From an uncultured Bacteroidota bacterium (GTDB lineage Bacteria; Bacteroidota; Ignavibacteria; UBA10030; UBA6906): 64,000 nucleotides of DNA. This document shows positions 19,649 through 30,067 of the stretch, one piece after another (position 1 is the stretch's first letter; each line of letters opens with the position of its first letter). The translations under genes were made by a program, and so were the position numbers. The DNA is taken from positions 928,001 to 992,000 of the forward strand of contig CAVOYH010000003.1 in assembly GCA_963700635.1 (NCBI GenBank). Direction: 5' to 3'. The notes beneath the pieces are model-generated. The model did no database searches. It saw nothing but the letters and a program-made list of their open reading frames with translations, and was not told the DNA's origin.

Positions 19649-21482
19649 CATCGGATCCGGCGCTGATGATCTTCTCCACGTCGTCCATTGCTCTCTCCAT
19701 TTTCCTCAACAGCATCCTGAACGGCTCCGGGGTTGTCATGTCCACTCCGGCCCGCCGCAACAATTCTATGGGGTAATCGGAACCGCCTGCAGACAGGAGG
19801 TCCATATAGCGGCGTGTCGCATCGGTGTCGCCCGCCAGCACCATCTCGGAGAGGGCTGAGGACGCCGTCAGGGAAGTAGCATACTGGAATACGTAGAAGT
19901 TGTAATAGAAGTGCGGTACCCCGGCCCATTCCGCCTGTACACCATCATCGACGATACACACCTTCCGATCATGTCCGTAATACTCCCGTGTCAGTTCGCC
20001 ATAAAGGTCCTCGAGCGAATCGCCGGTGAGCGATTTTCCCGCTTCGGCACTTTCGTGGATACGTAGCTCAAACTCTGCGAATTGCGTCTGGCGGAACAGA
20101 GTGGCCTTAAGACCATCCAGATAGTTGACGAGAAGGGAGAGCCGGATTCGCTCGTCGCTGACGGTCTCGAGCATGTAGTCCAGCAACAGGGCTTCGTTGA
20201 AGGTTGACGCAACTTCTGCAACAAAGATAGAATACTGGGACGTGGCGTACGGTTGTTCGGTGTTCGAGAGATAACTGTGCATTGTGTGTCCGAGCTCGTG
20301 CGTCACGGTGCTGACGTCGTCGTACCTGCCGTTGTAGTTCAGAAGGATATATGGATGCACGTCGTACACTCCCCCGTTTGAGTATGCGCCTCCGATCTTT
20401 CCTTCGCTCGGATAGACGTCCATCCACCGCTCCGTAAATGCCCGGGTTGCAACATCCCGGTAGGTTTGCCCCAGCGGTGCAATGGAGTCAAGGATCAGGT
20501 TCTTTGCTTCAGGGAAATCGTATTCAGGTGCGAGATCGGGGACTACGTGCGCGTACAGATCATAGTAGTGCATCACATCCACGCCCAGCAACCGGCGCCG
20601 CTGATCAAGGTACCGGTGAAAAACAGGTAACGCCTCACGGACATTCCTGATGAGTGCCCGGTACACATCGGCGGGTATGTTGTGTGCATGCAGCGCGCTG
20701 TGCAGGCAGGATGGGTAGTTGCGCACGCGCTGGTAATACATGTTCTTTTTGACTTCGCTGTATAACTGTGCTCCAAACGTGCGGCGGTAGTCGTGAAGTC
20801 GTCCAAAATATGCCTCGAATACCTTCCTGCGATCGTCCCGGTCAGGGACGGTGCGGTAGAGCGGGAATGCAGCCCTGTCAAGTGTTACCACCTTGCCATC
20901 CCGAAGTTTCACTTCGGCGAAAGGGAAATCGGCATTCGAAAATACGGTGTAGATGGAGCCGGACGAATCCGCCATCAGGCCGGCTTCGGCAATCAGCTTT
21001 TCTTCTGTCTCCGTTCCGGTATGCTCCTTCCGGCGTAATACGTCATCCAGCATGTGGCGGTACGGTGCAAGCCCGGGGTCGGCAGCGAAGAACTCATCGA
21101 TCCTGTCCCTGCCGAGCCGGAGCAGTTCCGGTTCGACAAATGCCGTGCGGGTGCTCAGGTCCGTGCCGATCTGCACAATTTCCTGCTGATGCGCGAGGAA
21201 ACCGGCATTCTTGGTATCAATGTCGGCATGTGCCGAGGCGTAGGTGTACAGCCGCGCGAAGGATTTGCTGAGATCTGTAACAACGTCCAGACACTCACAC
21301 AGGCGGGATGCTGAGGCGCCGAGCGTTCCACGGAACGCCTCAAGCCGGGGCAGGTCCTTAAGGAGCGCCTCCTTTGCACGAAGCCATGCGGCAAAGTCCG
21401 GGAACACCGGTGTAAGGTCCCACAAAAATTCTTCAGGGATCTTTGACCGATCTCGTTCAGTGGAAAGGACCGAAGGTGACAA
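19614..21482 (-). CDS. pepF: Oligoendopeptidase F (M3B)
   Basis: HELGHTMH zinc motif, FVAEVASTFNE, HFYYNFYVFQYA, KIGGAYS. Confidence 0.95.
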   Translation of the reverse strand: MSPSVLSTERDRSKIPEEFLWDLTPVFPDFAAWLRAKEALLKDLPRLEAFRGTLGASASRLCECLDVVTDLSKSFARLYTYASAHADIDTKNAGFLAHQQEIVQIGTDLSTRTAFVEPELLRLGRDRIDEFFAADPGLAPYRHMLDDVLRRKEHTGTETEEKLIAEAGLMADSSGSIYTVFSNADFPFAEVKLRDGKVVTLDRAAFPLYRTVPDRDDRRKVFEAYFGRLHDYRRTFGAQLYSEVKKNMYYQRVRNYPSCLHSALHAHNIPADVYRALIRNVREALPVFHRYLDQRRRLLGVDVMHYYDLYAHVVPDLAPEYDFPEAKNLILDSIAPLGQTYRDVATRAFTERWMDVYPSEGKIGGAYSNGGVYDVHPYILLNYNGRYDDVSTVTHELGHTMHSYLSNTEQPYATSQYSIFVAEVASTFNEALLLDYMLETVSDERIRLSLLVNYLDGLKATLFRQTQFAEFELRIHESAEAGKSLTGDSLEDLYGELTREYYGHDRKVCIVDDGVQAEWAGVPHFYYNFYVFQYATSLTASSALSEMVLAGDTDATRRYMDLLSAGGSDYPIELLRRAGVDMTTPEPFRMLLRKMERAMDDVEKIISAGSDVRRQDIAPGSS

Positions 21483-21494
21483 CGTCTCTCCTCT

Positions 21495-22211
21495 CTATCC
21501 CAGGAACTTCCTGATCATCAGCTTCCACCACCGCCAGTCGTGCTGCGTGTGGTCCCCCCAAATGTCCAGCCAATGCCGCACATGCTTGGTATCAAGTATC
21601 CGGGACAGCTGGAGAGTCGATTCCAGATGTATATCCGATTCTCCTGCGACAAGGACAAACCGGATTTTTGTACGGAACAGGTTGAGAAACCAGGGATCGG
21701 TGAGATGAGGAAGATACTCGATGGGATTATTGTAGTAGCAATCTTCGTCGAAGTACCCATCCAGCAGAGGCCGGATATCAAAAGCGCCGCTGAGACTGAT
21801 GCACACGTCCACAATGTCCGGATGGCGCAGGGTGAAATTTACAGCGTGAAAGGCGCCGAAGCCACATCCGGTGACCGTAAGTTTCAGGCTCGTATTATGG
21901 GTGTGGATGAACGGGAGGACTTCCTGGATGACGTACTGCTCATAGCGGACATGTTCGAGCACGCGGGCCTTCGGTGGGATCTCCTTGTTGAACCATGAGC
22001 CGGCATCGGTGCTGTCGACACAAAAGAGCTGAATCGTGCCCTGCTGCAAGAGGTCGGCCACGGCGTCCACCATGCCGCGCTCTTCGTACTCCGAATACCG
22101 TCCGTTGCCGGAGGGAAATACCAACACCGGTGTCCCTGCACTTCCAAACACCAGCATCTCCATCTCTCTGCCGAGGACGACACTCTGCGTGCGAATGTAC
22201 TCTCTGTTCAT
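21495..22211 (-). CDS. Alpha/beta-hydrolase-fold esterase family protein (nucleophile Ser absent)
   Basis: FGSAGTPVLVFPS, SLSGAFD, HDWRWW; nucleophile elbow reads GCGFG; real start at MNREY or the upstream MFAG. Confidence 0.82.
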   Translation of the reverse strand: MNREYIRTQSVVLGREMEMLVFGSAGTPVLVFPSGNGRYSEYEERGMVDAVADLLQQGTIQLFCVDSTDAGSWFNKEIPPKARVLEHVRYEQYVIQEVLPFIHTHNTSLKLTVTGCGFGAFHAVNFTLRHPDIVDVCISLSGAFDIRPLLDGYFDEDCYYNNPIEYLPHLTDPWFLNLFRTKIRFVLVAGESDIHLESTLQLSRILDTKHVRHWLDIWGDHTQHDWRWWKLMIRKFLG

Positions 22212-22319
22212 GCCCGCAAACATATGGATTTCCCGCCGGAGAGTCAAGGATTGACAATCTGTTGGGAAAAGTTCGTATACTGTCTGCAATACCGTATGTC
22301 CATATATTGCAGGAACGTT

Positions 22320-24149
22320 ATGAAGCCGTTTCGGGATCGACTGCAGACCGAAGTGATCGTCTTTGATGGTGGTGTCGGGACGTATCTGTATGAAAAAGGA
22401 ATTTTCATCAACACATGCTTTGATGAATTGAACCTGACCAATCCGGACCTGGTAGCCGAGATCCACAGAGAATATGTGCAGGCGGGCGCGGATGTGATCG
22501 AAACGAATACCTTCGGCGCCAACCGGTTCAAACTCGCGCCGCACGGGCTCGAATCCCGTGTGTATGACATTAACCGGAAGGGGGCCGAGCTGGCAAAACG
22601 CGCGGCAGGCGACACCGTACTTGTCGCCGGATCGATGGGTCCGCTGGGCGTGCAGATTGAACCGATAGGCAAGCTCTCGTTTGGGGAGGCACGGGAGGTC
22701 TTTGTGGAGCAGATTCAGGGATTGCTGGACGGGGGTGTTGATCTTATCATTCTTGAAACATTCTCTCTGGCAAGCGAACTCATCCAGGCGATCCGTGCCA
22801 CGCGTGAACTCCGCCCCGATATTCCGCTTATCGCACAGGTCACCGTCAATGATGATGGAATGCTGCTCAGCGGCGCGCACCTCCAAGCGTTTGTGCGGGA
22901 GATAGAGAACGAAGCGATCGATGTATTCGGGCTGAACTGTTCCGTCGGTCCGAAGGCGATGCTGGACGCACTCGAGGCCCTCAAGACCTTTACCAAACTG
23001 CCGATTGCCGTGCAACCGAACGCGGGGATTCCCCAGAATGTCGGTGGACGCAACATCTATATGACCTCGCCGGAGTATATGGCCGAGTATGCGAAGCGGT
23101 TTATCCTCACGGGCGCAACGATTGTGGGTGGATGCTGCGGGACGAATCCCGGCCATATCCGGGCCATCCGCCGGGCAGTACAGGCCCTTCAACCGGGTAC
23201 GCGGATGGACCGCCCGACCGTTCAGATGAAGATCGCCGCGCCCGAAACGGTGAAAGTTGTTCCGCAACAGGAAAAGTCGCGTCTGGGCAACAAATTGGTA
23301 AAGAAACAGTTTGTCACGCTCGTGGAACTGGTTTCTCCCAAGGGAGTCTCCCCTGCGGCACAGGTGGAGAGGGCACGGCGGCTTCACCATTTTGGCATTG
23401 ACGGTATCAACATTCCTGACGGTCCGCGCGCCTCGGCGCGTATGTCGGCGCTTGCGCTCGGCGCAATCCTGCAGCGTGACGTGGGCATCGAGGTCGTGCT
23501 GCATTTTGCCTGCCGCGACCGGAACGTGATCGGGATGCAATCGGATCTGCTCGGTGCCTGGGCTCTCGGTATTCGGAATATCCTTGCCATTACCGGCGAT
23601 CCGCCCAAACTCGGCAACTATCCCCAGGCCACGGCGGTGTTCGACGTTGATGCGATCGGGTTGACGAACATCATCAATCGTCTGAATCACGGATTGGATC
23701 TTGCCGGAAATCCGATCGGTGAACCCACTGCGATGAGCATCGGCGTTGGCGTAAACCCCGGAGCAATCAATCTTGATGAAGAATTACGCCGTCTTGACTG
23801 GAAGATCGAAGCCGGGGCGGAATACATGATTACGCAACCGGTGTTCGATCCGCGCATCCTGGAGCAGTTTTTACACCGTATTGCCGGAGTGCACATTCCT
23901 CTGATCTGCGGAATATGGCCGCTTGTTTCATTCCGCAATGCGGAGTTTATGAACAATGAAGTTCCGGGGGCAAGCGTACCTGCGGAGATTCTCGATCGTA
24001 TGCGCCGGACAACCACAAAAGAAGAAGGATTCCTCGAAGGGGTGCGCATCGCCCGGGAAACCTATGCGCAGATACGCGGTGAAGTGGCCGGAGTCCAGCT
24101 CTCCGCACCCATGGGCAGAATTGAGGGGATCTTTTCTATACTGGAATAA
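22320..24149 (+). CDS. yitJ: Bifunctional homocysteine S-methyltransferase / methylenetetrahydrofolate reductase
   Basis: FDGGVGT, ETNTFGAN, GLNCSVG, GGCCGTNP, then MTHFR domain ITGDPP...ITQPVFD. Confidence 0.92.
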   Translation: MKPFRDRLQTEVIVFDGGVGTYLYEKGIFINTCFDELNLTNPDLVAEIHREYVQAGADVIETNTFGANRFKLAPHGLESRVYDINRKGAELAKRAAGDTVLVAGSMGPLGVQIEPIGKLSFGEAREVFVEQIQGLLDGGVDLIILETFSLASELIQAIRATRELRPDIPLIAQVTVNDDGMLLSGAHLQAFVREIENEAIDVFGLNCSVGPKAMLDALEALKTFTKLPIAVQPNAGIPQNVGGRNIYMTSPEYMAEYAKRFILTGATIVGGCCGTNPGHIRAIRRAVQALQPGTRMDRPTVQMKIAAPETVKVVPQQEKSRLGNKLVKKQFVTLVELVSPKGVSPAAQVERARRLHHFGIDGINIPDGPRASARMSALALGAILQRDVGIEVVLHFACRDRNVIGMQSDLLGAWALGIRNILAITGDPPKLGNYPQATAVFDVDAIGLTNIINRLNHGLDLAGNPIGEPTAMSIGVGVNPGAINLDEELRRLDWKIEAGAEYMITQPVFDPRILEQFLHRIAGVHIPLICGIWPLVSFRNAEFMNNEVPGASVPAEILDRMRRTTTKEEGFLEGVRIARETYAQIRGEVAGVQLSAPMGRIEGIFSILE

Positions 24150-24379
24150 CCGCCATTTGTACGGTCCTCTGATGGTATACAGTTGTGACGCCGGTGTGGA
24201 CGTGGTACACACCGGGCGGCACAATTCCTCCCGTTTCATCGAAACGGTGAAGATACTACATTCGTGAGCCGCGTCACACCCGTCCCACACCCCCACCACG
24301 CTCCCGATTAACCCCCTCCGAACGGCACACTGTTTGAATCGTCTAAGCCCTGATGGACTAGTACACACACGAGGACCGC

Positions 24380-24904
24380 ATGGGATCAGGGCATACACTT
24401 CTCACACTTGGCGCTTTCTGCCTGCTGTCAACAATCCTGATCAATTTCTACGACATGACCGGTAGTGCCGGTGATGCGATCGGCACGGGTCAGGACGGAA
24501 TTTATCTGACCTCCCTCACGGCATCGTACATCGAAATGGCCCAGGGAATGGCCTTTGACCAGATTACCGACACGATGCATATCCCCCTGGCCGACATCAT
24601 GGCACTGACGTCCCCTTCACTGCTGGGTCCCGAATCCGGAGAGGATTCAATCTCCGAATTTAACGACTTTGATGATTTTGATGGATTCAGCATCGAGAAG
24701 GAGGCAGGGACATCCAACCGGCGTTACCACACCCAGTTTTCGGTGTTCTACGTTGATATGACCGATCTGGAAAAGACATCGGCGTCGCGCACATTTGTCA
24801 AACGGCTCGACATAAAAACGTGGCGAACCTTTCCCGTATCAGATGAAGGTCGGGTGGATACCCTTACCTCTTCCTCTATTATGGGTTACTTCCATTTTGA
24901 CTAA
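24380..24904 (+). CDS. PilV-like minor pilin / pseudopilin-like protein
   Basis: N-terminal hydrophobic helix, amphipathic helix ending AFD, LGPESGE..FNDFDDF, C-terminal beta strands; first gene of a trio. Confidence 0.55.
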   Translation: MGSGHTLLTLGAFCLLSTILINFYDMTGSAGDAIGTGQDGIYLTSLTASYIEMAQGMAFDQITDTMHIPLADIMALTSPSLLGPESGEDSISEFNDFDDFDGFSIEKEAGTSNRRYHTQFSVFYVDMTDLEKTSASRTFVKRLDIKTWRTFPVSDEGRVDTLTSSSIMGYFHFD

Positions 24905-24916
24905 CCGGAACCGGTC

Positions 24917-25531
24917 ATGAACGAAATATTCGATTACCTGAGCTCGGTAATGATGGGCGGCATGCTTATGATAAACGTCATCACCGCCAATGACATCGCC
25001 AGTGAAACGTATTCCGTCTATGAAGGTGAGATGTCGGTACAGGAAATGCTGGTTACCACCGTACAGTCCCTGGAGGGGGAGTTCCGGAATATGGGGTACG
25101 GGGTTCCCGAGGAAGAACAATCGGTGTTGGCTGCCGACAGTACGAGCATTACGTTTCTGATCGACCTCGACCGGAACGGAGCTCCGCTCGATACGGTGCG
25201 CTATTTCACCGGCAGTTCTGCCGAACTGAGCTACACTGAGAACGAGCGTGACCGGTTCGTATACCGGACCGTGAATGGTGCCTCAGGCTTGAAAGTCGGT
25301 GTTGTGACACTTTTCCGTCTCCAGTACATCACCATGGGCGGCGAAGTAATGACATTTCCCGTGACAACGGATCGCCTGTCTGAAATCCATGAAGTTGAAA
25401 TCACAGTCGAAGTGCAGACCCCGTATGCTGTCCATGCCGCAGGAACAGGTGGTGTCGGAGCGAGCAACATGCTTCATTCCAGCTCCTACTGGCAGCAAAC
25501 GCGGCTTGCATCCCAGAATACCCGGAGGTAA
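24917..25531 (+). CDS. PilW-like minor pilin-like protein
   Basis: N-terminal hydrophobic helix, LEGEFRNMGYG, ADSTSITFLIDLDRNG..DTVRY. Confidence 0.6.
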   Translation: MNEIFDYLSSVMMGGMLMINVITANDIASETYSVYEGEMSVQEMLVTTVQSLEGEFRNMGYGVPEEEQSVLAADSTSITFLIDLDRNGAPLDTVRYFTGSSAELSYTENERDRFVYRTVNGASGLKVGVVTLFRLQYITMGGEVMTFPVTTDRLSEIHEVEITVEVQTPYAVHAAGTGGVGASNMLHSSSYWQQTRLASQNTRR

Positions 25532-26823
25532 TGCTCGTGGGCGGAAAAGCCGGACTCATTCTTGTCATCGGCCTGTCAGCCATTCTCGGATATATCTCGT
25601 TGAATGTGCACGAACTGGCAACCAAAGCCGTCTCCAACATGGCCATGTATAACATCATGACGGCTTCTCACAACCTCGCCCTGGCGGGGGCGAACGCCCG
25701 CCTTGCGAAGTTCTATCAGGATACCAGCAATTTCGCGACCATCAGCAAAACCTTTACCGGGAAGAATTTCACCGGATCCTATGCGGCAGGGATTGAAGTG
25801 GTGAGCAGTTCCCGGCTCCGCTTGCGCAGTGTGTCGACCTATCCGATGGGCGGGGGCTCTTCGATCCGTGATACGGTGGAAGTATTTTTCGATCGTAACA
25901 AGAAGAACAGCTTTACGCTGTTTGCATGGATGACGGATTTTGAGGGAAACGTCTTCTGGATCAGCAAGGATACTGTATGGGGACGCGTCCACTCCAACGG
26001 GAACATACACATCAACGGCAGTCCCGTGTTCATGCGAAAAGCGACCACGGCCAAAGGGTTTGATCCTCCCAAGGTCGGCACCGGCACCAACAAGGCCATC
26101 TTCAAAGATGGCTACGAAACGGGAATCGCAAAAATCACATTCCCCAATGATCTTTCCGAAATTGCCACGGCCAGCGTCTCGGGCGGGCGGAAGTATATCG
26201 GCGACATCTATGTCACTCTCTCGCCGGGAACGGGAGCAAATAACGACGGTAAAGCGTACATACGCAGCGGAAATACCTCTTCCGGCCCGCTGATAGATTC
26301 CGTCAATCTTAACGATGTGGGATTTAACGGGGTCATCCTGGGCACAGGTCAGGTTAACGTGTCCGGGACGCTGGACGGCAAGCTGACCCTCACGTCGCAG
26401 ACAAATCTCTACATCCACGATAACGTTTTGTATGAACGGAATCCGCGTTTTACCACAAGCGATGATGTACTCGGCCTGGTGGCAGAAAACAATGTGGTTG
26501 TGAAAGACAATGCTGCAAACCGAAGCAACTGTGAGATTCATGCAAGTATTTTTACACGCTCCGGGTCCTTTATGGCAGAGAACTACAATTCGCTCCCCGT
26601 TTGTGGCGAACTGGATGTGCTCGGTTCCATTGTCCAGAAGACGCGTGGTGCGGTTGGCACATTCGCAGGCGGCGTCCTCAAGACGGGGTTTTCAAAACGG
26701 TACCGTTATGATGACCGGCTGGCCGACCAGGCATTTCGTCCGCCGTTTTATCCGGGATACTACGTCAGTACGTACGCAATTACGAACTGGTGGGAAAGTT
26801 ACCGGGTGATGCAGTTCGAGTAG
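25531..26823 (+). CDS. PilX-like protein with beta-rich C-terminal domain
   Basis: N-terminal hydrophobic helix, SHNLALAG, GRVHSNG, GFSKRYRYDDRL..PPFYP; translationally coupled (TAATG). Confidence 0.6.
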   Translation: MLVGGKAGLILVIGLSAILGYISLNVHELATKAVSNMAMYNIMTASHNLALAGANARLAKFYQDTSNFATISKTFTGKNFTGSYAAGIEVVSSSRLRLRSVSTYPMGGGSSIRDTVEVFFDRNKKNSFTLFAWMTDFEGNVFWISKDTVWGRVHSNGNIHINGSPVFMRKATTAKGFDPPKVGTGTNKAIFKDGYETGIAKITFPNDLSEIATASVSGGRKYIGDIYVTLSPGTGANNDGKAYIRSGNTSSGPLIDSVNLNDVGFNGVILGTGQVNVSGTLDGKLTLTSQTNLYIHDNVLYERNPRFTTSDDVLGLVAENNVVVKDNAANRSNCEIHASIFTRSGSFMAENYNSLPVCGELDVLGSIVQKTRGAVGTFAGGVLKTGFSKRYRYDDRLADQAFRPPFYPGYYVSTYAITNWWESYRVMQFE

Positions 26824-26897
26824 CAGGCGGCACGCGTTGCTTTTCGGGTGGGTTTTGTCGTACATTATACTAAACTCAACACCACCCGCGCGTGTTC

Positions 26898-29513
26898 ATG
26901 TCCACACCCCTCATGCGGCAATATGGCGAGATTAAGGCCCGGTATCCGGACACGATTCTCTTGTTTCGGATGGGTGACTTCTTTGAGACATTCGAAGAAG
27001 ATGCAAAAATCACTGCCCGTGTTCTTGGTATTACCCTGACCCGCCGTGGAAACGGTGCTTCCGGGGAAACTCCTCTCGCCGGTTTCCCGCATCACGCCCT
27101 TGACGCATACCTCCCGAAACTGCTCAAAGCAGGTCATCGTGTCGCAATTTGCCAGCAACTCGAAGATCCCAAACTTGCCAAGGGAATCGTCAAAAGGGAT
27201 GTTGTTGAAGTTGTCACGCCGGGAGTAGCCTTCTCGGAAAAGGTACTCGATCAGAAAAGGAACAATTTCCTCGCGGCAGTTGCGTTACCGGGCCCCCTGG
27301 CGACTGGCACAGACCGGGTGGGGCTGGCATTTGTTGACGTTTCGACGGCGGAATTCCGTGTTGCGGAACTTCCGCTGAAACAACTCGCGGAGCACATCGG
27401 CGCTCTGGAGCCCTCAGAACTCCTCGTACAACGCCGCGACCAGGCCACGCTGGAACACCTTCTTCGTAAAACGTTCGACGGCCTCTACACGAAAGTCGAT
27501 GACTGGGTCTTTAACGAAGACTACGCGCGGGATCTGCTCACCGGGCACTTCCAAACCCAGTCGCTCAAAGGGTTCGGAATTCAGGAGTATGTCATCGGGG
27601 TTGCCGCCGCGGGCGTGGTCCTGCATTACCTGCAGGAAACGCAGAAAACAAATCTGCTTCACATCCGGAAACTCTCCCCGTTCGATGTTGAAGATCATAT
27701 TGTGCTGGATCCCTCAACAAAGCGTAATCTGGAAATCACGGCATCGATGGCGGGTGAAGACGCGGGGACACTGTTCGCGGTGCTGGACAAGACGCGGACG
27801 GCGATGGGGGGGCGGATGCTCAAACGCTGGATCCATCAACCGCTTAATCGTCTCAGCCCGATCCAGGAACGGCGTGACGCGGTCACGGCGTTACGTTCAA
27901 ACAGCTCTGCGCTCAAGACCATTGCGGATCATCTCGCCCGGATCGGCGATCTGGAACGGCTCAGCGGGCGAATCTGCACCGGCCGGGCGGGTCCGCGGGA
28001 TCTTAATGCCCTTATGGGCATCCTCGTTGATGTGGACAACCTGCGCTCCACAACCGCACACCTGACGGCAGCAGCTCTGGTTACAATCCATGAACAACTT
28101 CAGCCGCTTCCGGATGTGGTGGCGATCATCGCTGCTGCCATCGAACATGATCCCCCCGCGGCACTTGCCGATGGCGGTGTTATCCGCAGGGGATATCACC
28201 CCCCGCTGGACGAACTCCGGGAACTGACAACAAGCGGGAAACGATGGATCGCGGATCTGCAGGTCCGGGAGCGCGAACGGACCGCCATCCCATCACTCAA
28301 GGTCGGATTTAACAATGTGTTCGGATACTATATTGAGATTACCAATACGCATAAAGATAAGGTTCCGCCCGAATACATCCGGAAACAGACCCTCACGGGT
28401 GCAGAACGATATGTTACGCCGGCGCTGAAAGAGTACGAGGAGAAAATTCTTCATGCCGAAGAACGAATCCTCGCGCTGGAAACCGAGCTGTTTACCGGGA
28501 TCCGGCTGAAGGTTGCACAGGAAGCCGACACGATTCAGACCAATGCCTCAGCGCTGGCCCGCCTGGATTGCCTTGCCTCTCTGGCTGAGATCGCCGAAGA
28601 ATATGACTATGTGTGTCCGGAAGTGAATGAAGGAACGGTCCTCGATATCACCGATGGGCGGCATCCGGTGATCGAGCGTCTTCTCCCCCCGGGCGAACAG
28701 TATGTTCCCAACTCCGTCCACCTGGATACGGCGGCAGAACAAATCCTGATCATCACCGGCCCCAATATGAGCGGTAAATCCAGCTACCTCCGGCAGGTCG
28801 GATTGATCGTCCTGCTCGCACAGATCGGAAGCCATGTCCCGGCACACCGGGCGGTCATCGGGGTTGTGGACAGAATCTTTACGCGGGTCGGTGCGAGTGA
28901 CAACATCGCGTCAGGTGAAAGCACGTTCCTCGTCGAAATGCACGAGGCTGCCCACATTGTGAACACCGCGACCCGCAGGAGTCTGATCCTCCTTGATGAA
29001 GTCGGGCGAGGTACAAGCACATTTGACGGCATCAGTATCGCCTGGTCGCTGACCGAATACCTCCACGAAAGGGTGGGCGCGCGGACTCTCTTTGCCACTC
29101 ACTACCATGAACTCAACGAACTGGCCGATCTATTTCCGAGAATACGAAACTTCAAGGTGGATGTGCGGGAATACGGGGACAAGATCGTGTTCTTGCACAA
29201 GGTCAATCCCGGTTTTGCGGACCATTCCTACGGCATCCAGGTGGCGCAAATGGCCGGCCTGCCAGACGAAATTACCGAACGTGCGAAACAACTTCTGAAA
29301 AATCTTGAGGGAACGGATCTGTCCATTCATGACGGTGAGGGCGAGCCCGAACGGAAACGGACCGGACGGAGTCCGGCCGCAAACGTACAACTCACGCTTT
29401 TCGAAATGAAGGATGACGCGATCCGCCGGAAACTCCAGACGCTGGATATCAATTCGCTGACGCCGGTGGAGGCGCTGACGATACTGGCCGCACTCAAAGA
29501 ACAGTCATCATGA
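26898..29513 (+). CDS. mutS: DNA mismatch repair protein MutS
   Basis: TPLMRQY, FRMGDFFETF, TGPNMSGKS, STFLVEM, DEVGRGTST, FATHYHEL. Confidence 0.98.
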   Translation: MSTPLMRQYGEIKARYPDTILLFRMGDFFETFEEDAKITARVLGITLTRRGNGASGETPLAGFPHHALDAYLPKLLKAGHRVAICQQLEDPKLAKGIVKRDVVEVVTPGVAFSEKVLDQKRNNFLAAVALPGPLATGTDRVGLAFVDVSTAEFRVAELPLKQLAEHIGALEPSELLVQRRDQATLEHLLRKTFDGLYTKVDDWVFNEDYARDLLTGHFQTQSLKGFGIQEYVIGVAAAGVVLHYLQETQKTNLLHIRKLSPFDVEDHIVLDPSTKRNLEITASMAGEDAGTLFAVLDKTRTAMGGRMLKRWIHQPLNRLSPIQERRDAVTALRSNSSALKTIADHLARIGDLERLSGRICTGRAGPRDLNALMGILVDVDNLRSTTAHLTAAALVTIHEQLQPLPDVVAIIAAAIEHDPPAALADGGVIRRGYHPPLDELRELTTSGKRWIADLQVRERERTAIPSLKVGFNNVFGYYIEITNTHKDKVPPEYIRKQTLTGAERYVTPALKEYEEKILHAEERILALETELFTGIRLKVAQEADTIQTNASALARLDCLASLAEIAEEYDYVCPEVNEGTVLDITDGRHPVIERLLPPGEQYVPNSVHLDTAAEQILIITGPNMSGKSSYLRQVGLIVLLAQIGSHVPAHRAVIGVVDRIFTRVGASDNIASGESTFLVEMHEAAHIVNTATRRSLILLDEVGRGTSTFDGISIAWSLTEYLHERVGARTLFATHYHELNELADLFPRIRNFKVDVREYGDKIVFLHKVNPGFADHSYGIQVAQMAGLPDEITERAKQLLKNLEGTDLSIHDGEGEPERKRTGRSPAANVQLTLFEMKDDAIRRKLQTLDINSLTPVEALTILAALKEQSS

Positions 29514-29553
29514 CCGGTTCACCGCCGGCAGTGTGCAAGAAAGGGAGATCCTT

Positions 29554-30051
29554 ATGACGTTGCAGGAGATCAAGACTCTTCACGCGTTTAATGCATGGGC
29601 GAGCAACCGGATCTTCGAGGCAACAGCGTCGTTGCCACCCGACCAGTATATGCGAGACATGAAGAGCAGCCATGGACACATCCATGGGACACTTCTCCAT
29701 ATGGTGGGGGCGGAAAAAATGTGGCTCGCACGGTGGCAGGATAAGGCCGAACCATTTCTTGCCGCAAAGGATGCGCCTTCCCACGAAGAGCTGTTCGCCC
29801 TCTGGCAGAGGGTTGGTTTTGACATGGCCAAATTTCTTGGGACGCTTACCGACAAAAAGCTCCAGGGCACATTCGTGATGAAAATGTCGAACGGCGCAAC
29901 CTTCGAACATATTCTGTGGCAGGCGTTCCAGCATGTTGTGGATCATTCCACGTATCACCGGGGTCAGATTGTGACAATGCTCCGTCAGCTTGGTATGACG
30001 CCTCCCGCAACCGGACTTATCGTGTTCTATCGTGAAACAGGCCGTCGGTGA
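29554..30051 (+). CDS. DinB family protein
   Basis: FNAWASNR, TLLHMVGAE, HVVDHSTYHRGQ. Confidence 0.9.
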   Translation: MTLQEIKTLHAFNAWASNRIFEATASLPPDQYMRDMKSSHGHIHGTLLHMVGAEKMWLARWQDKAEPFLAAKDAPSHEELFALWQRVGFDMAKFLGTLTDKKLQGTFVMKMSNGATFEHILWQAFQHVVDHSTYHRGQIVTMLRQLGMTPPATGLIVFYRETGRR

Positions 30052-30067
30052 TCCGGACAGACTGATC

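Noticed and set aside
22224-23690. 731-aa minus-strand ORF (21495..23690) extending antisense to yitJ
   Set aside because: Only the last ~240 aa resemble a protein family; the rest is a shadow ORF of a GC-rich gene.
24165-24250. Hammerhead-like CTGATG...GAAA
   Set aside because: The core reads CTGATGG rather than CTGANGA, and the stems do not fit the topology.
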